Shown: positions 35,961-50,750 of the stretch, in pieces | Numbering within the stretch: position 1 is the first letter of the stretch | How the letters are laid out: the number at the start of each line of letters is the position of its first letter | NCBI GenBank assembly: GCA_013239625.1 | Contig: MU054338.1 | Span: forward strand, 1,800,001 to 1,864,000 | Origin: Lama guanicoe | Taxonomy: Eukaryota | Direction of reading: 5' to 3' | DNA: 64,000 bases | Position numbers and translations under genes: made by a program | The notes under the pieces: model-generated | What the model was told of the DNA's origin: nothing | Databases searched by the model: none | Seen by the model: the letters and a program-made list of their open reading frames with translations, nothing else

Positions 35961-38293
35961 CTGCACTGAGTTTCCAGTTGGAACGCAAAGTGAGAAAAGG
36001 TAAAAGCAGTGATGAGTGTGTTGCTGGAAGAATCCTAAGCAGCATGGGGGTGGGGGCTGGAACATCACGTCCCCAGCCATGTCGGGCCCCAGACATTGCT
36101 CCCACAGATTACGGTCTTGTGGTTCTTAGGGAGAGAGACTCTCTGGGCTGTGCGGGTTCAGGAAGTGTGAAGTCCCTGTCCAGGAGAAGAGGCAATGAGT
36201 CAGACCGACAGCGGATCTGATGTTGGTTAGTCCTGACGGGCGCTGGGCGTCGGGGGCTGGGGGAGTCGCAGAGGGCCTAGGCTGTGTCTCTGGGAGTGCA
36301 TTCGTTTCTCTGGAGACCTCACCTTTGCCAGTGTGCGTTTGTGTGTGTGTATCTGAGTGTGTCCACATGCACGTCCCAGTGACAGTTTGTGTGATTTGGT
36401 CTGTCCGTCACGCCACCACGTGTGCATGTCTGGGAGAGTTCAGGTATTTGAATGGTGGTTCCTGTGTCCAGATGTCCATCTATCTGTCTAATCTCTCTGA
36501 AGAGAGAGCGTCACAGTTATCTGCAGAGGTTTTCCTGAGCTCCAGTGTTTCAGACTGTTCACTCCTTGTAACAGCGCGGCGCACACTGGCAGCAGTTCGG
36601 ACGTCTCTAGAATTTCAAAGATGCAGAGCTTTACGCCAGTTTTGTATACCAGCAGTGGTTGCACCAGATGCTCTTGAATGGTGATTGTCAGATAAGTAAA
36701 TATTTTAGGTTGTATTAATTGTTAAAGTAAAAGAACAGATGACACCAAAACAGCTCTCCAAACTGTATATAATGTGGTGTGGTTGCCACAGTGCCATCTT
36801 GTTGGTTTTTCTGTAGGACACCAAAAAGAAGCTATGCGACAAGACTGTAAACACAATTTACATTTCAGGTTGAATTTATTCAGTCTTTGGAAAAGTCTTT
36901 TAATTTTGTATCATTTCAGTAACATTTTGTTTCCAAATATTTCAAATTCATATCATCATATTTGCATAAAATAAGGAAACACAAGCACCCACTAGCCATT
37001 CCTGCATGGACTTTCTTGATCCTTTGTCAGTCTCAAGAATCCTCTTCTTTCTCTGCCCTACCAGAGCATATTGTTTCTACTTAATACATGGCATGTTTTG
37101 TCTGACATTAACTTGTGAATTGTGCAAAATTTGTAATTTATTATAACTGTAAATAACTTAACCAGATTTTTGCTTATGACATGTCACAAGAAACATCTGT
37201 TTTCATGCCCACAGGTCTGATAGTTGGCTTGGGTAGGTTATTAAAAGTGGTAGGTCTTCAAGTCTATTCTAGTTGGTGAACTGGCTCTGATCCAAGTATG
37301 TCCTTTCTGGGGCTGAAGCTGGATTGGATAGCAGCTACCTTGGGGAAGATTCCTCATGACCGATCCCTTGAGGAATAGAGGAATGCCAAATGCACAAACA
37401 CATTTCAGGGTTTCTCCCATAACATTTGCTCACATAGCATTGACTTAAGCAAGTCATATGACTCGAAATCAAGGGGAGAAATAGTTACATTCTTGCTACC
37501 ATGAGGACATAGCTAGATTGTTTCACAGGGGGTTGAAAAATTTGAATCAATAATGCAATTTGTCACACCATCTGAATACCCTTTCAGGAAAGAGACTGCA
37601 TTATGCAGCACAATCATAGAGAATGTCCCAAAAATTCGTTTCATAATAGTTCTCCCTTGTGTGTTTTTAATACTTTGAGAAACTTCAAACTTTGTAAATG
37701 TAGAATGATTTAAGAAAATCACATATGCCAATTATCTGCCTTCAACAATTTTCCGTCACTTCTTCTCTACAACACGCAGCTCCCTCTGGATAATTTTGAA
37801 GCAGTTCTCAGCATATTTCATCCTTGAAGATTTTGGGATATATATATCTATATTTAACCATAATGCCATTATCACACCTAACAATGATCAGTTATCCCTT
37901 AATGCATTCAAATATATAGGTAGTAGTGGGCAATTTCCCTGGTGGTCTACATAATTTAAAAAATTTTGCAGTTGGATTGTTGGCATTGGATCCAATAAGA
38001 TCCATAATTCTAATTTATTATCTCCTTTATATTTAAGCTATAGTCCCACATTTTCTTTGCAGTGTAATTGTTCAATGTAATAAGTCACATAGAAATTTAA
38101 TACCGTGGGTTTTCTAACTGCATCTCCCTGCTGTTATTTAGCAGATAATTGGAACTCAGAGCTAGAGGTGTGACTAGGTCCAGGTCTGATACTTTGATGA
38201 GAACAATTCAGAGATTGTGTGTTTCCAGCTGGAAGTATATACATAAGTTGCATACATGAGACAAAGATGGTGTCTGTATACTGTTTAGTTACT

Positions 38294-38745
38294 TGTTACA
38301 GCCTAAAGGCTCAAAAGCCCCCTGGTGCCAAACTCAGGTTTTTGCACGTCTATTTGTTTTAAACAGAGTCCCAATTTTAACTGTTAAGAGCCTGCTTGCT
38401 TACCATGCCCTGTGAAGCGGCACCCAAGGGCTGCTGGCCATAAATAAGGTGATCCCTGCAGCTGTAACAGACGCAGGCGGCTGCTGCCCTTGGAGCGCTC
38501 TGACCCAAAGGCTTCCCAGAGCACCACCACTTTTCTGGTCCCCTGTGAAGCCCCTTGCGTGGGTGTTCCCTTGCATTCCTCTTCCCGGTGGTGGCTCCCT
38601 TTCCTTTGCCTCTGGACTGTCTCATGCTAGGAGGGACTTCCCCCACATGCACAGCTGTCAAAACACTGCCGGAACAGAGCTCCGGTGTGCGCCTGCCGCC
38701 TGTGCTCACGTCTTTTTCCTGGATCAGCTGCAGAATCCCCCAAAG
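38294..38745 (+). mobile_element. Probable ERVL-class LTR relic
   Basis: TGTTAC start, TATA-like ATAAATA, LTR-like U5 end; family not identified. Confidence 0.4.
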
Positions 38746-40007
38746 GTGATTTATCCTTTTGTGATATAAGCTGGTCTTGGTGACCATTACCTGGAACATT
38801 TAAAACTCTTGTGAAAAAGAGTGCATCTGTTTCCAGAAGGTGGGGCAGACCACTGACCTGGGTGGCTTCAATTAATTCTCATAGTTTCGGAGGCTAGATG
38901 CACGAAATCCATGTGTCAGCTCCCACTGACACTGGCTAGAATCCTTACTTGGTCTGAGGTTTGTGGGTTACCGTTAAAATGCAAGGACTTTTGAATGGGT
39001 TTCTAGAATGGGTTCTGGGCTGGGAATGGCCGGTACGTTAAAGAGGTTCAGAAAGTCCCAGCAGGTGAAGAGCATGGTCTCCAGGCTAGAAGGGCGTCTT
39101 CTCAGTCCTGATCCTGTCTCTACCACTTGCTAGCTTTGTGACCTGTAAGCCCTAGTTAACTCACAAAGGAGAAAAACGTGCCTACAATGTAGTTTGGAGG
39201 ATTACCTCGATCTATGTTAACTGAACTAATACGTGGGAAACAAAACAGTGCCGGATAGAAACATAATGAAGCATTTGCATAGTCAGAAAGCAGAATCAGC
39301 CCTTCACAACTGGGATCTACTGGAGTGGCATTCACTCCTCAGCCGTGACCTGCTGAACAGAAACCATTTCACACAACACTGTCATCAAACAAGGACACTG
39401 GGTGATGTGTTATGGAGTAAGGCACCAGCGAGAGTTCTCCGACAAAAAAAAAAGTATCTTATGTTGCAAACGGAAGTTGTAACGGTTGGCCACATATTAA
39501 GTTAATGGTTCAGAGACTGCATTCAGCTGTGAATAACAAAAAAGTTTGTTCCATCTGTCTGCAAGTTACCACTTTTCCATACAGAGCTGTGGAAACAGAA
39601 CAGGGCAAATGCAGCCGCTCAACGCTGCAGCCGGGGAAACTGCAGCTGCAGGTCTCAGGGAGGCGTCGGGACACAGGGCCACCAGGCACTGCAGGCAGAC
39701 GGTCACTGTGCAGGTCAGACCTAACACAGATATGGTAAGAGCTGGAGAGAAGAGTGTCAGAGAAGGTCACCACCAGCCACGAGGGCAGAAGCCAATGGTG
39801 CGGAGGGACATGTGGGAGCTTGCCAGAGAAATCCACACTGTAGCTTAATTAGAAATCAAACTATCTAACATCCCAACAATTACCTGTTTTTAAATAAACT
39901 TCAAAAGATCTATGGGTCCAAAAGACTTCATAATGTACATAACTTTTATATATGCAATTTGATGAAAAAACTATACACCAAAGTTCTGCAATTTGGCGGA
40001 CAGGGTA

Positions 40008-40451
40008 TGTAGCGAGTAGAACGGTGCCCACCCTCCCCCACCAAAGACACTTCCGCTCAGAACCTGTGATGTGACCTTATTTGGAAAAAGGGTCTTTGGC
40101 AACGTAGTAAGGATCTTGAGACGAGATCATCCTGGACTAGAGCGCGCCTGAACCCAAAGACAAGTCTCCTAAGAGAAAAGGATGAAACATTTGGAGGAGG
40201 AGGTGATGTTAAGATGAAGACAGAAACTGGAATCATTCGCCTACAAGCCGAGAACACCAGGGATTACTGGCAGCTGCTAGAAGTTTGTAGGGCGCATAGA
40301 TCAGATTCTCCCTCAGAACCTTCCCAAGGAGCTGACCGTAAAGACACCTTGACTTCCAACTTCTAGCACCCAGAACTGGGAGAGAATCCTTCTGTTTCTT
40401 TAAGCTGCCACCTCTGCGGCCACCTGTTAGGCGGCCCTGGAAAAGTAATAC
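40008..40451 (+). mobile_element. MaLR MLT1-type LTR
   Basis: GTGACCTTATTTGGAAAAAGGGTCTTTG...TAAGGATCTTGAGACGAGATCATCCTGG. Confidence 0.8.
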
Positions 40452-42928
40452 TTTAAGGAATATCTCCCCATAGATGTTATTCTCCGAAAGAACTGGAGAC
40501 AACGTGACAGGGACCTACTTCCAGAATAAGGCACTGATAAAGCCAACAGAATATCCAGGCCCTCTGTAAAAAAGCCTCCAGGGGTATGCAGTTTGCTGTG
40601 CACAGTAACGCGAGCCACACGGAGGCCTTCCAGCACCGCTTGCTGCCCCGGAGCCCCGTCCTGTGTGCGCCGGCATGTGCTTACGGGTACGGGGCTACGG
40701 AGGGCTTCCCCACGCCGCTGCCGTTCTGTTTCTCCCCAGCGTGAATTCCCTCGTGTCTCTGCAAGGGCGAAAGCCTACTGAAGGCTTTACCACATTCCTC
40801 GCACACACAAGGTTTCTCTCTGCTGTGAGTCCTCAAATGTCCTCGAAAAGACGATGACCAGCTGAACGCTTTCCCACACTGCTGACACACGTAGGGCTGC
40901 TCTCCGGTGTGAACTCGCACATGTGTTCTGAAGTACGAAGGGCTGCTGAAGGCTTTCCCACATGCGTTACGTGCGTACAGCTTCTCGCCAGTGTGAGTTC
41001 GCAGATGCCCCTTAAAGGACGAAGGAGAACTGAAAGCTTTTCCACACTGTCTACGTTCGTAAGGCTTTTCTCCCGAGTGTGTCCTCAGGTGGATCCTGAG
41101 GTCTGAGGGCCAGCTGTAGGCTTTCCCACACTCCATGTATCTGTAGGCTTTCTCTCCAGTGTGCATCCTTGCGTGGATGAGCAGGTAAAAAGAACGGAGG
41201 AAGGCTTTTCCACACTCCTTACATTCATAGGCTCTCTCTGCACCGTGAACCTTCACGTGTTTTCTAAGAGAAGAGAAGGCTTTCTTACATTCTTTACAAG
41301 CATAGGGTTTCTCGACCAAATGAGTTTCTCTGTGCGTCCAGAGGTTTGAGGGCGATCTGAAGGGTTTCCCGCACTTCTCACACTCATAAGGCTTCTCTCC
41401 AGTGTGAGTTCTTACATGGACTCTGAGTTTGGAGAAATATATAAAGGCTTTTCCACATGCTTTACACGCATAGGGTTTTTCCTTCAGTGTGAGCTCTTAT
41501 GTGTGCCCTGAAGGATGAGTAACAACTAAAAGTTCTCCCACATTCCTTACATCGATAGGGCTTTCGTCCACGCTGAGGCAATGCTGTGGGAGCCTGGAAG
41601 CAAGGAAGAATCCACAGTGGCTTTTTCAGATGAAGAAGCCATGAGTTTGCAAGCTTGCTGTACCCACAGGACTGCACCCCCGCAGGAGGCCTCTCCTGCA
41701 CAGGAAGCCTGGCAATCCGGTTGGCTTCTCCACGCGTGCCACCATCACGATTTTCTGGGGGCCTCTCCACCATATGCCATCTGTTAAAAACGGTTAACAG
41801 GAATAGATTCGTGAATGATTCAGCGTGGCTTTTCATGATTAATATGATTACATTTTTACCATTTTCAGTGAATGTGTATGTTTCTTGCCCTGAAAGAAGT
41901 GTTTCAAAGTGATAAAAGCTGAATGCTCTGACAGAGGGCTCGACGCCGGGTACCACTTTGTGTTTTCCTATATGGGATTTTGTTTCCTGATAATTGTTTA
42001 CAGCTGACCTAAGCCTCAAACAGTCCACAAACATCTGTGTCACTTTTACAAACCTGTCCTGTGAAGCTCTGTGACTGGAAGGCCTGACACGTGTCTGCAC
42101 ACACAGACACACGTGCACACTGATGTCTCAGCTCTCTCTCCTGAGACCTGCTTCCTCCAGTGTGTGTGTGTCACTCACCACAGACGTGGTCCCTGGTTCC
42201 TGCGCTGACCTTCAGTGCTATGGCATCCCCAGTTTTCTCCTAAAATGAAGAATCAGCAGTCATTTCTTCTGAAACTATATTCTGTTCACTTCATAGTTCT
42301 TCCCTCAACATCCACTGTAGAGGATCTGACCGATTTTAATTTGAGTGCCATAATATCAAACAGCAACAAATTTACTCTCTTTGGAAAGAACCGGTGGGAT
42401 GAGGGCAAGAAAAAAGTAGGAAACATGTACATTTCAAGAGTGATCCAAAAGATAAACAAGTTATACAGGGAAAATGCACTTTTGAGCAAAACAGGAGTTG
42501 CAGGAGTTTTGGCGACTTGGACAATAATACGGGTAAGAGGCCACAATGGTGGGCAGTTTCCTGGAAACACTAGCACGAGGATTGAGACTTCTGGTGACGT
42601 AAGGGCCCTACTGTCAGGAGGCAACCCAGGAAGGAACTGGGCCAGAGGCACCTGCCCAGATACTAACTTTAGAAGCAGGAATACGGAAGGGCTTCAGCGT
42701 GGACAAGGACATTTGTGAGGATGGATGAGAAGTTAAAAAAAGGAAGCTGAGGAATCTGTGAAGGTCAAGCAAGAAGAGTAAGAGGCACTCTGACTCAGTA
42801 AGAAGTCAGTGCTCTTTCTAAGGAATGTTTCCAGACATAAGGCTCCCCCACCAGGGCTGCTCCTCCTAAGAAACAGTTACAGCCCTCACAGAGGCTTGAA
42901 ACATCGCATGAGAGAGTAGCAGGTCTCA

Positions 42929-43243
<315 letters not shown>

Positions 43244-45531
43244 TTAACACAGTACCATTCTCCACGCGCGCGCAGGAGGGAGGCGGGCTGACGGCACCGG
43301 GGAACTGGGACTCAGTTCAGAGCAAGTTCCCGCATGGGCCTGTGGTCTCCCACCAACCCCAGGGCTCTGTCACCACGTCTCTCCCCTCGGTCAGCGCCAG
43401 TTTCCTCAGGGCCGCCAGCCTGCACCTTAGATTTGTCAGCATCTCGGTGAACTCTTCTAAGTGTGACTCTGGCCACTTCCATTCATCTCCTCCATCTGAA
43501 GGGTCCAGAACAGTCCACACATTGGAGAAAATTAAAGAAATATTATACAAATAAAGCAATTATTTTGGTTTTGAAAACATCAGTTCCTTTTCATGAAAAC
43601 AATTTTTGTCTCCTCCTTCACGGCCCACTACAGGCCTCAGCACGGTATGAAGAAGCCAAGGTCAGACGTGGATGAGCTTGTAATGGATGAAAACACAGTG
43701 AGGGTCTGGGAGTACTTCCTGCTTTTCCCTCAACAACAATTTGATTCTCAAGAGGCCTGGTTATGTCCCACCTTCAACCCAGGCCCTGAGATGGATAAGT
43801 TTCCTTGAAAAACTCCAATCCATCATGAACTGGAAAGTCCACCTGGTGGGACAAGAATATTCTTTACGAGAAGCATTAATACTCCCTTGCATGTCTCCTG
43901 TCCTCGTATAAAACAGCAGCCTTCCCTTTCTGGACACGCTCTGCAGGGGACAGGCAGTGCACGGACAAGTGGGAGCCCAGGCGAGACAGAGGGTGCCTGA
44001 GACCTCAGCCCTCAGCACGGCGCCTGTACGCGGGGCCACCGTGTGGAGTTACCAGTGATCTCACTTACGGGGGACGTCACACAGGGGACAGCTCTTCCTC
44101 TACACACAGACTGACATCACAAGATGCCAGGACAGCCTTGCCTCCCCCAGGAAAGAGTGCCCTGGTCCTTCCTGCCTGTGAAGAGGCAGTTAGGGGCCCC
44201 GGTGTGGAAGTGAATTAACTGAAGCCCAGAAGGGTATGGCTGTGAATCTGCCCAGATCATAAAACGGATAAAGGGACCGGGCAGCACCTTCCTCCAAAGG
44301 ACATCCGCTCGCACTGAAATCCCAGAGGCGCCGACCTCTACACCAGCCCCCCGGGGGCTCCACACAACAGTCAGCCCCGCGCCCCTGGGCAGGCGGGCAG
44401 GCATGACTGCCCAACCCCTGAGCGTGGAATCCAGTGGCTCCCAGCGTCCCCCACAAGCCTGGCTTTTGAGAAAGTGAATCGAATCATTCCATCGGCTTCT
44501 ACACACAGAGGCGCGAACACAGGCTGCCCCACTGCAATGCGGGTGCTGCGCTTTGCCCGCAGATCAAACAGCTGCAGAACTAGAATGCTCCAGGCTGGGG
44601 ACACTCTCGTGAGGCTGTAAGTCAAGTCAGCTGCTCCGGCACCCCTAATTACTCCTGTACACTGGTATCTAGCCCTGTCTCAGAACAAACTGTTGCCCAC
44701 AGACAGGGTTCAGCTAACTCTTCCACTGCTGTGTGTCAGGTGCCATTTCAAAGCCCTCACGGCACCTGACAGCCTCACAACTATGTCAATAACAAAACGC
44801 ACTATTTGAGCATCTGTGACGTTGAAGTATTCTGCATACAGAGTTCCACACAAGTTCTTTAGTTTCTCATGATAAATCTCCGAAGTAGGTATCACTACAG
44901 TCAGTGTTAGCAGAGGAAACTCCAGGGGACAGTCAGTTAACTTGCTCAGTGTGGCCCAATTAGAATGTCATACGTAGGTCTGCCTGCTTTCAAAGCCTAA
45001 ACGCCTACTAGCTGCATTTTTGTACACGTGTTACACAACGATCATGTGTGTTACTCCTCAACAGGAGTAACGTGACCTAGAGCAGAGATGAGCAAGCTTT
45101 GTCTATAGAGGTAGTCATACTGAAATTGTAATAATATTTTTCATTTTGCCCAGTAAATAAAAATATCATTTCAGTATGTAACCAACATAATTGGGTTGAG
45201 ATATTCTGTATTACCTGTGTCATACTAAGTGCTACGCGTCTGGTATGGATTTCACACATGCAACCAACTCAATTTTTGTTATTTTTGCGGGGATGTATCT
45301 TCCAGCTCAATTTTGATAGCTGTATTTCAAGCTCAACAGCTACATGAGGCCAGGGGTACTGTAGGGGGCAGTGCAGACCTACACCTGCCTGTCTGCTGGA
45401 ATATTGTAGGAATGCAAGACTGTTTAAAAATTAGTGCATTTTATCATACTAATCGAAAACGTATAAAAATCATAATTCATGTCCTTAGATCCAAAACAGT
45501 GACATATTACTATCGGTAATGGATATCAAAA

Positions 45532-45650
45532 ATTGGGGCAGGGCAGTAATTAGGTTTGTTTATTTATTAACAGAGGTGCTGGGGATTGAACCCAGGATCT
45601 TGTGCATGCTAAGCAGGCGCTCTACTATTGAGCTATAGCGTCCCCCACTA
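45532..45650 (-). mobile_element. tRNA-derived SINE
   Basis: Same family; TSD GATATCAAAA at 45522-45531 and 45651-45660. Confidence 0.85.
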
Positions 45651-46419
45651 GATATCAAAATTTAATATGCTGGGAGGAACTCAGCTAACTGGGGAAGACG
45701 GTGCATAAAAACACTTACTACAACATTGAAAGAAAAATCTGAAATAGTGAAACAGCTCTCTTGTCAAGAAGACAAGACAGAGTACATTCTTCTGCATTTG
45801 ACTGGAGGTCCTAGTGAATCATTAAAAAAGAAAAAGAAAGGTAAAATGACATGACAAGAAAAAAGCTGAAATATTTGCAGATAAGATACTGCAGGTAACC
45901 TTTAAAAAAATTTACAGATGAATAATTAAAATCTATACTTGCACCTAAGAAGGATAGTAAGAACGATGCTCCAAAATGAGTTTACTTCTATGTACCAAGA
46001 ACAGTATTTTTTTTAAGATACCATTTAAATCAGCATCAATATTAGCTGCAGAGTGACAAGGTTTCAGTAAAACATTTATAACAAAAACAATGAAACATTG
46101 TTAGACAAACCAAGACCGTGGATGCGAGCGCCCGACACTGTAAAGGCTGCGGATCCACCCTCGAATGCATCTAAAGGTCAGTGTAATCCCAACGCATTCT
46201 TTATACCTGAAGTGCTTGCTGATTCTAACCCTAGTGTTTTACACGTAAGAAGCGCAACCCCACGGGCATCACAATGCATCCAACTCGTAACAGATACCCA
46301 GTGTGTAATATGTGCTGGACCCTCTCCCCTGTGCTTGCGATAAAGCAATGAGAAACTACAACATTCCCTAGTTTTAAAGCCTTAACAGTCTACCTGCTTG
46401 GTTAGTCAGACTGAAAGGA

Positions 46420-48020
46420 AAAACCCGGGGGGGTGGACGCAAGGACCCTACGCCGCGACCGAGGGCGGAGACTCGGGCCAGGACCCCGGGGCAGGGGCGG
46501 GGAGACCCGGGCCCACGTCAGCTTCCAGCCGGTTCCGGCCGGTTCGAGCCAGCCCCCCTGGTCTCCGGCCCCAGCCCGCGCACTCACCATCTCCGCCCCG
46601 CGCCAGAGCTTCCCGGACGTCCCCCCGGCGGCCCGGACAGGTGAGAGCGACGGAGCCGGTACACCTGGTGCCGCTCGGGGAAGCTGCGCACGAGCGCCAC
46701 CGCCGGTCGAGAGTGACGTTCACACGGGCTGGGAGCGGGCCCGCCCCTGGCCCTGATTGGACTGTGCTCCGGATCCCCGCGCCCTGATTGGGCAGTTCTC
46801 CAGGCACTCCTTTCACAGGAATTGAGATTGGATCGTTTCCAGAGGCCCGCACTCCGATTGGACAGTGCTTCGGGCACCGCCTTTGGAGCCTCAGGATAGA
46901 GCTATCGGCCCCGGCCCCCCTGATTGGGCGACTTGCGCCTCTGCAGCGCCTCTCCTTGAGAGATGGGCGCGGGCGGAGATGACTTCACTTAACAGGGTGG
47001 AAACGTGGGTTCTCGGCTTCTGCCCTCTCCTTGCCCCGCGGGGAAACTGAGTCAGGGCTTCCGGCCCAGGAGGAGGACAAGGAGAGGAGGCCGAGCTGCG
47101 GGCGGGCCGCCCACCCGGGAACAAATTCTGCTCGGAGTCCACGTCCCGTGCAGGAGGGTCCGGGTCCCGAGGAGGAGGCCGGGCAAGCAAGGGCTGAAGC
47201 CGAGAATGCTCACTTCCGCCTGGCATAGGCCCCTGACCAATATCCCTGCCTGTCAGTCAGTCCACGGGGCTATAACAGAGTCCAATCAGGGGAGACAGGT
47301 ATAATAAGAAAGGCTGGGGAGGGGCCTGGAGAACTGCCCAATCAAGGGACAGGGGTGGTGAACAACTGTTCAATCAGGCCCGAAGTTTGCCGAGTATTAT
47401 CCATTTAGCGGTCTCAATATGGTGAGTGACTGGAGTACCGTCCAATCAGAGCGCCGACTCTCGAAAAACCATCCAATCAGGGCTTCCTGGGCAGGGTCTG
47501 GTGATCTTAATAAGGGGCGCTGGGGGCGGGCTTCGGAGTGCTACACGCCCCGAAGACGCTGGTGGAGGAGTGTCCAGTCGGAGGGCGGAGGCGCGGAGCT
47601 CCCTCCCGTCAGGGCCGGCGACGGACGCGCTCCCAGCCCGCGCCGGCGACCCTCTTTGCGGAGCGCCGCGCTCCTGCGCACCTGCTGGGCGCGGCCCTAG
47701 GTGTCCCGTCCCCGTCGCTCTCACTTGCTCAGGTCTCAGGACCGCGGGAAGGGAGCCTGGAGACCCCGGAGCGGGACGGAGATGGTGAGTGCAGGGGTCC
47801 GGGGCCCAGATCGGGAGGGGCTGTTAAAGACCAGCAGGGAGCTGAAGCAGGCCTGGGTCTCCTCGTGCCGGCTCCCCCGGGTTCCGACCCAAGTGTCCCC
47901 CTTGGCAGCGGGGTAGGGTCCCGGCGTCCTGTCCCTTCCCCTCCCCCCGGGTAGGGGTCCCGACCCGAGTATGGGGGGTCCCAGGGAGGACTGGGTGACC
48001 CCGGCGGCGGTCAGGCTGGG
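46420..48020. promoter_or_regulatory. Head-to-head CpG island with two divergent CCAAT-array promoters
   Basis: ATTGG at 46756, 46787, 46827, 46857, 46923 (minus gene); CCAAT at 47237, 47282, 47338, 47442, 47473 (plus gene); AP-1 47048-47054; start codons about 1.19 kb apart. Confidence 0.88.
47782..47784 (+). CDS. ZNF77: ZNF77-like ATG-only first coding exon
   Basis: gagATG|GTGAGT, homologous to ZNF555 exon 1. Confidence 0.8.
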
Positions 48021-48089
48021 GCAGGGGAACCCTCCCAGACCGGACAGATAAAGTCAAATCCTCACTCAGATAAGGACAGACACGAGTCC

Positions 48090-48500
48090 TGTTAAAAAAG
48101 AAAGAAACAAAGAAAGAAAGGAAAGAAAAATAGAATTCAGCACCGTAATTTGTGACGCTCTTACTGGCTTTATTCAGTCATTCACGAGTCAGGCAGCTTC
48201 TCACCCAGTAGAGAAAAGGAGGCGGCCGGGAGCCGCACTAAATGAAAGGCGGGTATAGGCAGAAGGGCGCGGGCGGAGGAGCCAGCGAAAGTGGATTGTG
48301 GGTGGCGGGGCTGCTTTACTTCAGGCAGGGCAGGGGTCTGTCGGGCAGATGATCTCACTTGTGCTGACCGGGTAATTCCTGATAGACTGGTTTCAGATTC
48401 CGTTTCTGGGAGGGGCTGAAACTGTAATTGTCTCCCTGTGGTGACTGGGGACTTAGCATAAGCCACTCCATTGGGGGCCAGTGGTCTTCTTTTTAACGTT
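48090..48500 (-). mobile_element. ERV LTR relic with a GAAA-rich tract
   Basis: Starts TGTTAA; inverted similarity to the LTR-like segment 61299-61676. Confidence 0.55.
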
Positions 48501-49341
48501 CCAGAGACTTGGAATCTGGAGGAGTCTCTGACCTCACAGATGTGCGGGGGTCTCCAACGAAACAGAAATGGGCTTTTCTCTTCTAAGCAAGAAGGGTGAG
48601 AGCAAGGCTCTTTGACTGCATGAGGCCTCCCTGTGGTCAGTCCGTTCTCAGCCCAGGCCATGGTGGTGGGGAGCTTTGTTCTGCATCTCAGGGCTTGTTG
48701 GGGGTTTGGAGGGGTGAAGTTGGGGCTGGTGACCCCAAGTCAGGGGCCTGTGGGGAGACAGGAGCCTAAGTAAAGTTTGGGTAATAAATGGGCAACTTGG
48801 AACACTTGGTCAAGCCAGTGTCAAATGAAAAGTACAAACTTCCTAAAGGTAGACTTTCACACTAAAGAATTATTGCTCAGGGAGAAGGGACGGTTCCACC
48901 GGGGATGAGGGGGCTACGCAGGAGGGCAAACGCGACCCTGAGATCCGGGAGCATTGCAGGAGTTGGGCACAGAGTTTTCCTTTTATATGGAGAGTAAACA
49001 AAATCAGGAAGGACCAGGTGTGATGCTCAGATGGCCTGTCCTTAGAGATGTGTCTGCTGGCTGGGGTGAGGCCAAAGGTCAGGTGTCGGGGGTCAGGAGA
49101 GGAGCTGAACAAGGTTTGGCCAACAAGCATCTGCGAGCAGTTCAGCTCATCACTGATGGGGGGGAGTTGGGATGTGGGGGCCTGTCTGGCCTTGTCCTGG
49201 ATAAACAAGGGGCCTCTGGTGGGTCTTCTCTAAGTCAGAGAGGGAAGCGGGTGGTTTCTTGCAGCCTGCCCCTTTTCCAGAACACAGAAGGGTGGTGACC
49301 TTCCATGGAAGTTTCCAGAAGCACAGGGCTCAGGGAGGATT

Positions 49342-49886
49342 TGTTACCGAGTCCAAACTCATTCTGCTCACCACACGACAGGCCAATAAATCGAGAGATG
49401 AGGTGTTGGGGTAAGGAATAGCGACTTCATTCAGAAAGGCAGCAGACAGAGGATGGCCCACTAATGTCTTGGAGAACCACCCAGGTCCAGTCAGAATACA
49501 GGCTCCTTTTATACAAAACAAAAAAACAAAAAACCCAGAACAGAACAGGGGAGGGGTTGTACTTCGTTGTTGCAAACTTCTTGGTGCAGGAATTCTTCAT
49601 TCTGGCAGCCCTCCATGTGGATCAGGCCATGGTGTACCTGTAAATCTCCAATGAAACAAAGGTCATTCTCTATTTTGCAACTTGCCATCTCTACCTAAGT
49701 GTAGAAGTGCTAGCATCCTTAAAAATCAGCCCCGAGAATAGGCTGTCCTGTGTATTTTAGGCTAAAGGCAACATTGTTTCACAAAAGGTGCAGAGCTGGG
49801 GAGACTGAGCCTAGAAAACAGGGCACAGTGGTTAAAACTAAAGGAATGGATCTAGTCTGGAGTCAGATCTGTTCTCCTCTATTACA
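49342..49886 (-). mobile_element. Solo ERV LTR (ERV1-type)
   Basis: TG...CA termini; 4-bp TSD GATT at 49338-49341 and 49887-49890; strand is tentative. Confidence 0.75.
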
Positions 49887-50450
49887 GATTCGGCCCTGCC
49901 ACCTGACCCCTGTGAGCAGCCTTCTCTGGGTCCAGCTCAGCACTGATCGCTTCCCCTGCTCCAGCTTCAGGTTTCAGCTGGTGTAAAGTTCTGATTTCTT
50001 CTCTTCTGGTTTCTTCTCCTCAGTGAGGGTAGGAAGCATCTCAGGTCTCTGCTCTTTCCTGCAGATACGTGTTATTCCTGGCCTTTGGGCCTTAACCAGA
50101 GATGCCTCTGGGGACAAGTGTCCCAGTGCAGAAAGTCTTATAGTCTCCCATTAGAATTGAGGGATGTGCTGGCACTCCCCCACCTTCATGTAAAATGGAT
50201 GGAGATACGGATTACAAAGATTCAGAGAAATGGTGCCCTCAGGGAGCAGATTGGTGACGCTGTCTAATCCTGGGCCACTTCCTGTCAGTAGCTGGTCAGC
50301 ACAGATCCGTGGAGATGCTGTGACATGTGACTTGGGCTACTGAGACTTGCTGACTTCTGATTAGATGATTTTCAGCTCATTATCCTGGAGGATGTTGGGG
50401 AGCTGGTAGCTGTCTTCTGAAAGGCATGAGAAGTGTCCAGTTACTCAAAC

Positions 50451-50750
50451 TGTTACCAACCCTTTAAACAATGGAAGGTCTTTGGGCTCTTTAAATAATA
50501 GAAATAGATCAGAAGCCAGACTAGAAATTCAGGCAAGGCTTTATTGGCACTCTTGCTGCAGCAGGAGGGCATGAAGATAAGGAAGTTTCCCTTGCTAGCT
50601 TCCTGAGGGGAAGGGGTGTGTCCTGGTCCTTTAAATGGTGTGAGGGTGGGGGTGGATCAGTGGGTGCGGCTGGAGGGTGGCTCAGGTGGACTCCCCAGTG
50701 AACACAGGAGGAAGCAGTGATCCCCGGGGCTCTCACTCACATGCTGGGAG
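50451..50750 (-). mobile_element. ERV LTR relic
   Basis: TGTTAC start and antisense poly-A signal in AGGCAAGGCTTTATTGG. Confidence 0.5.
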
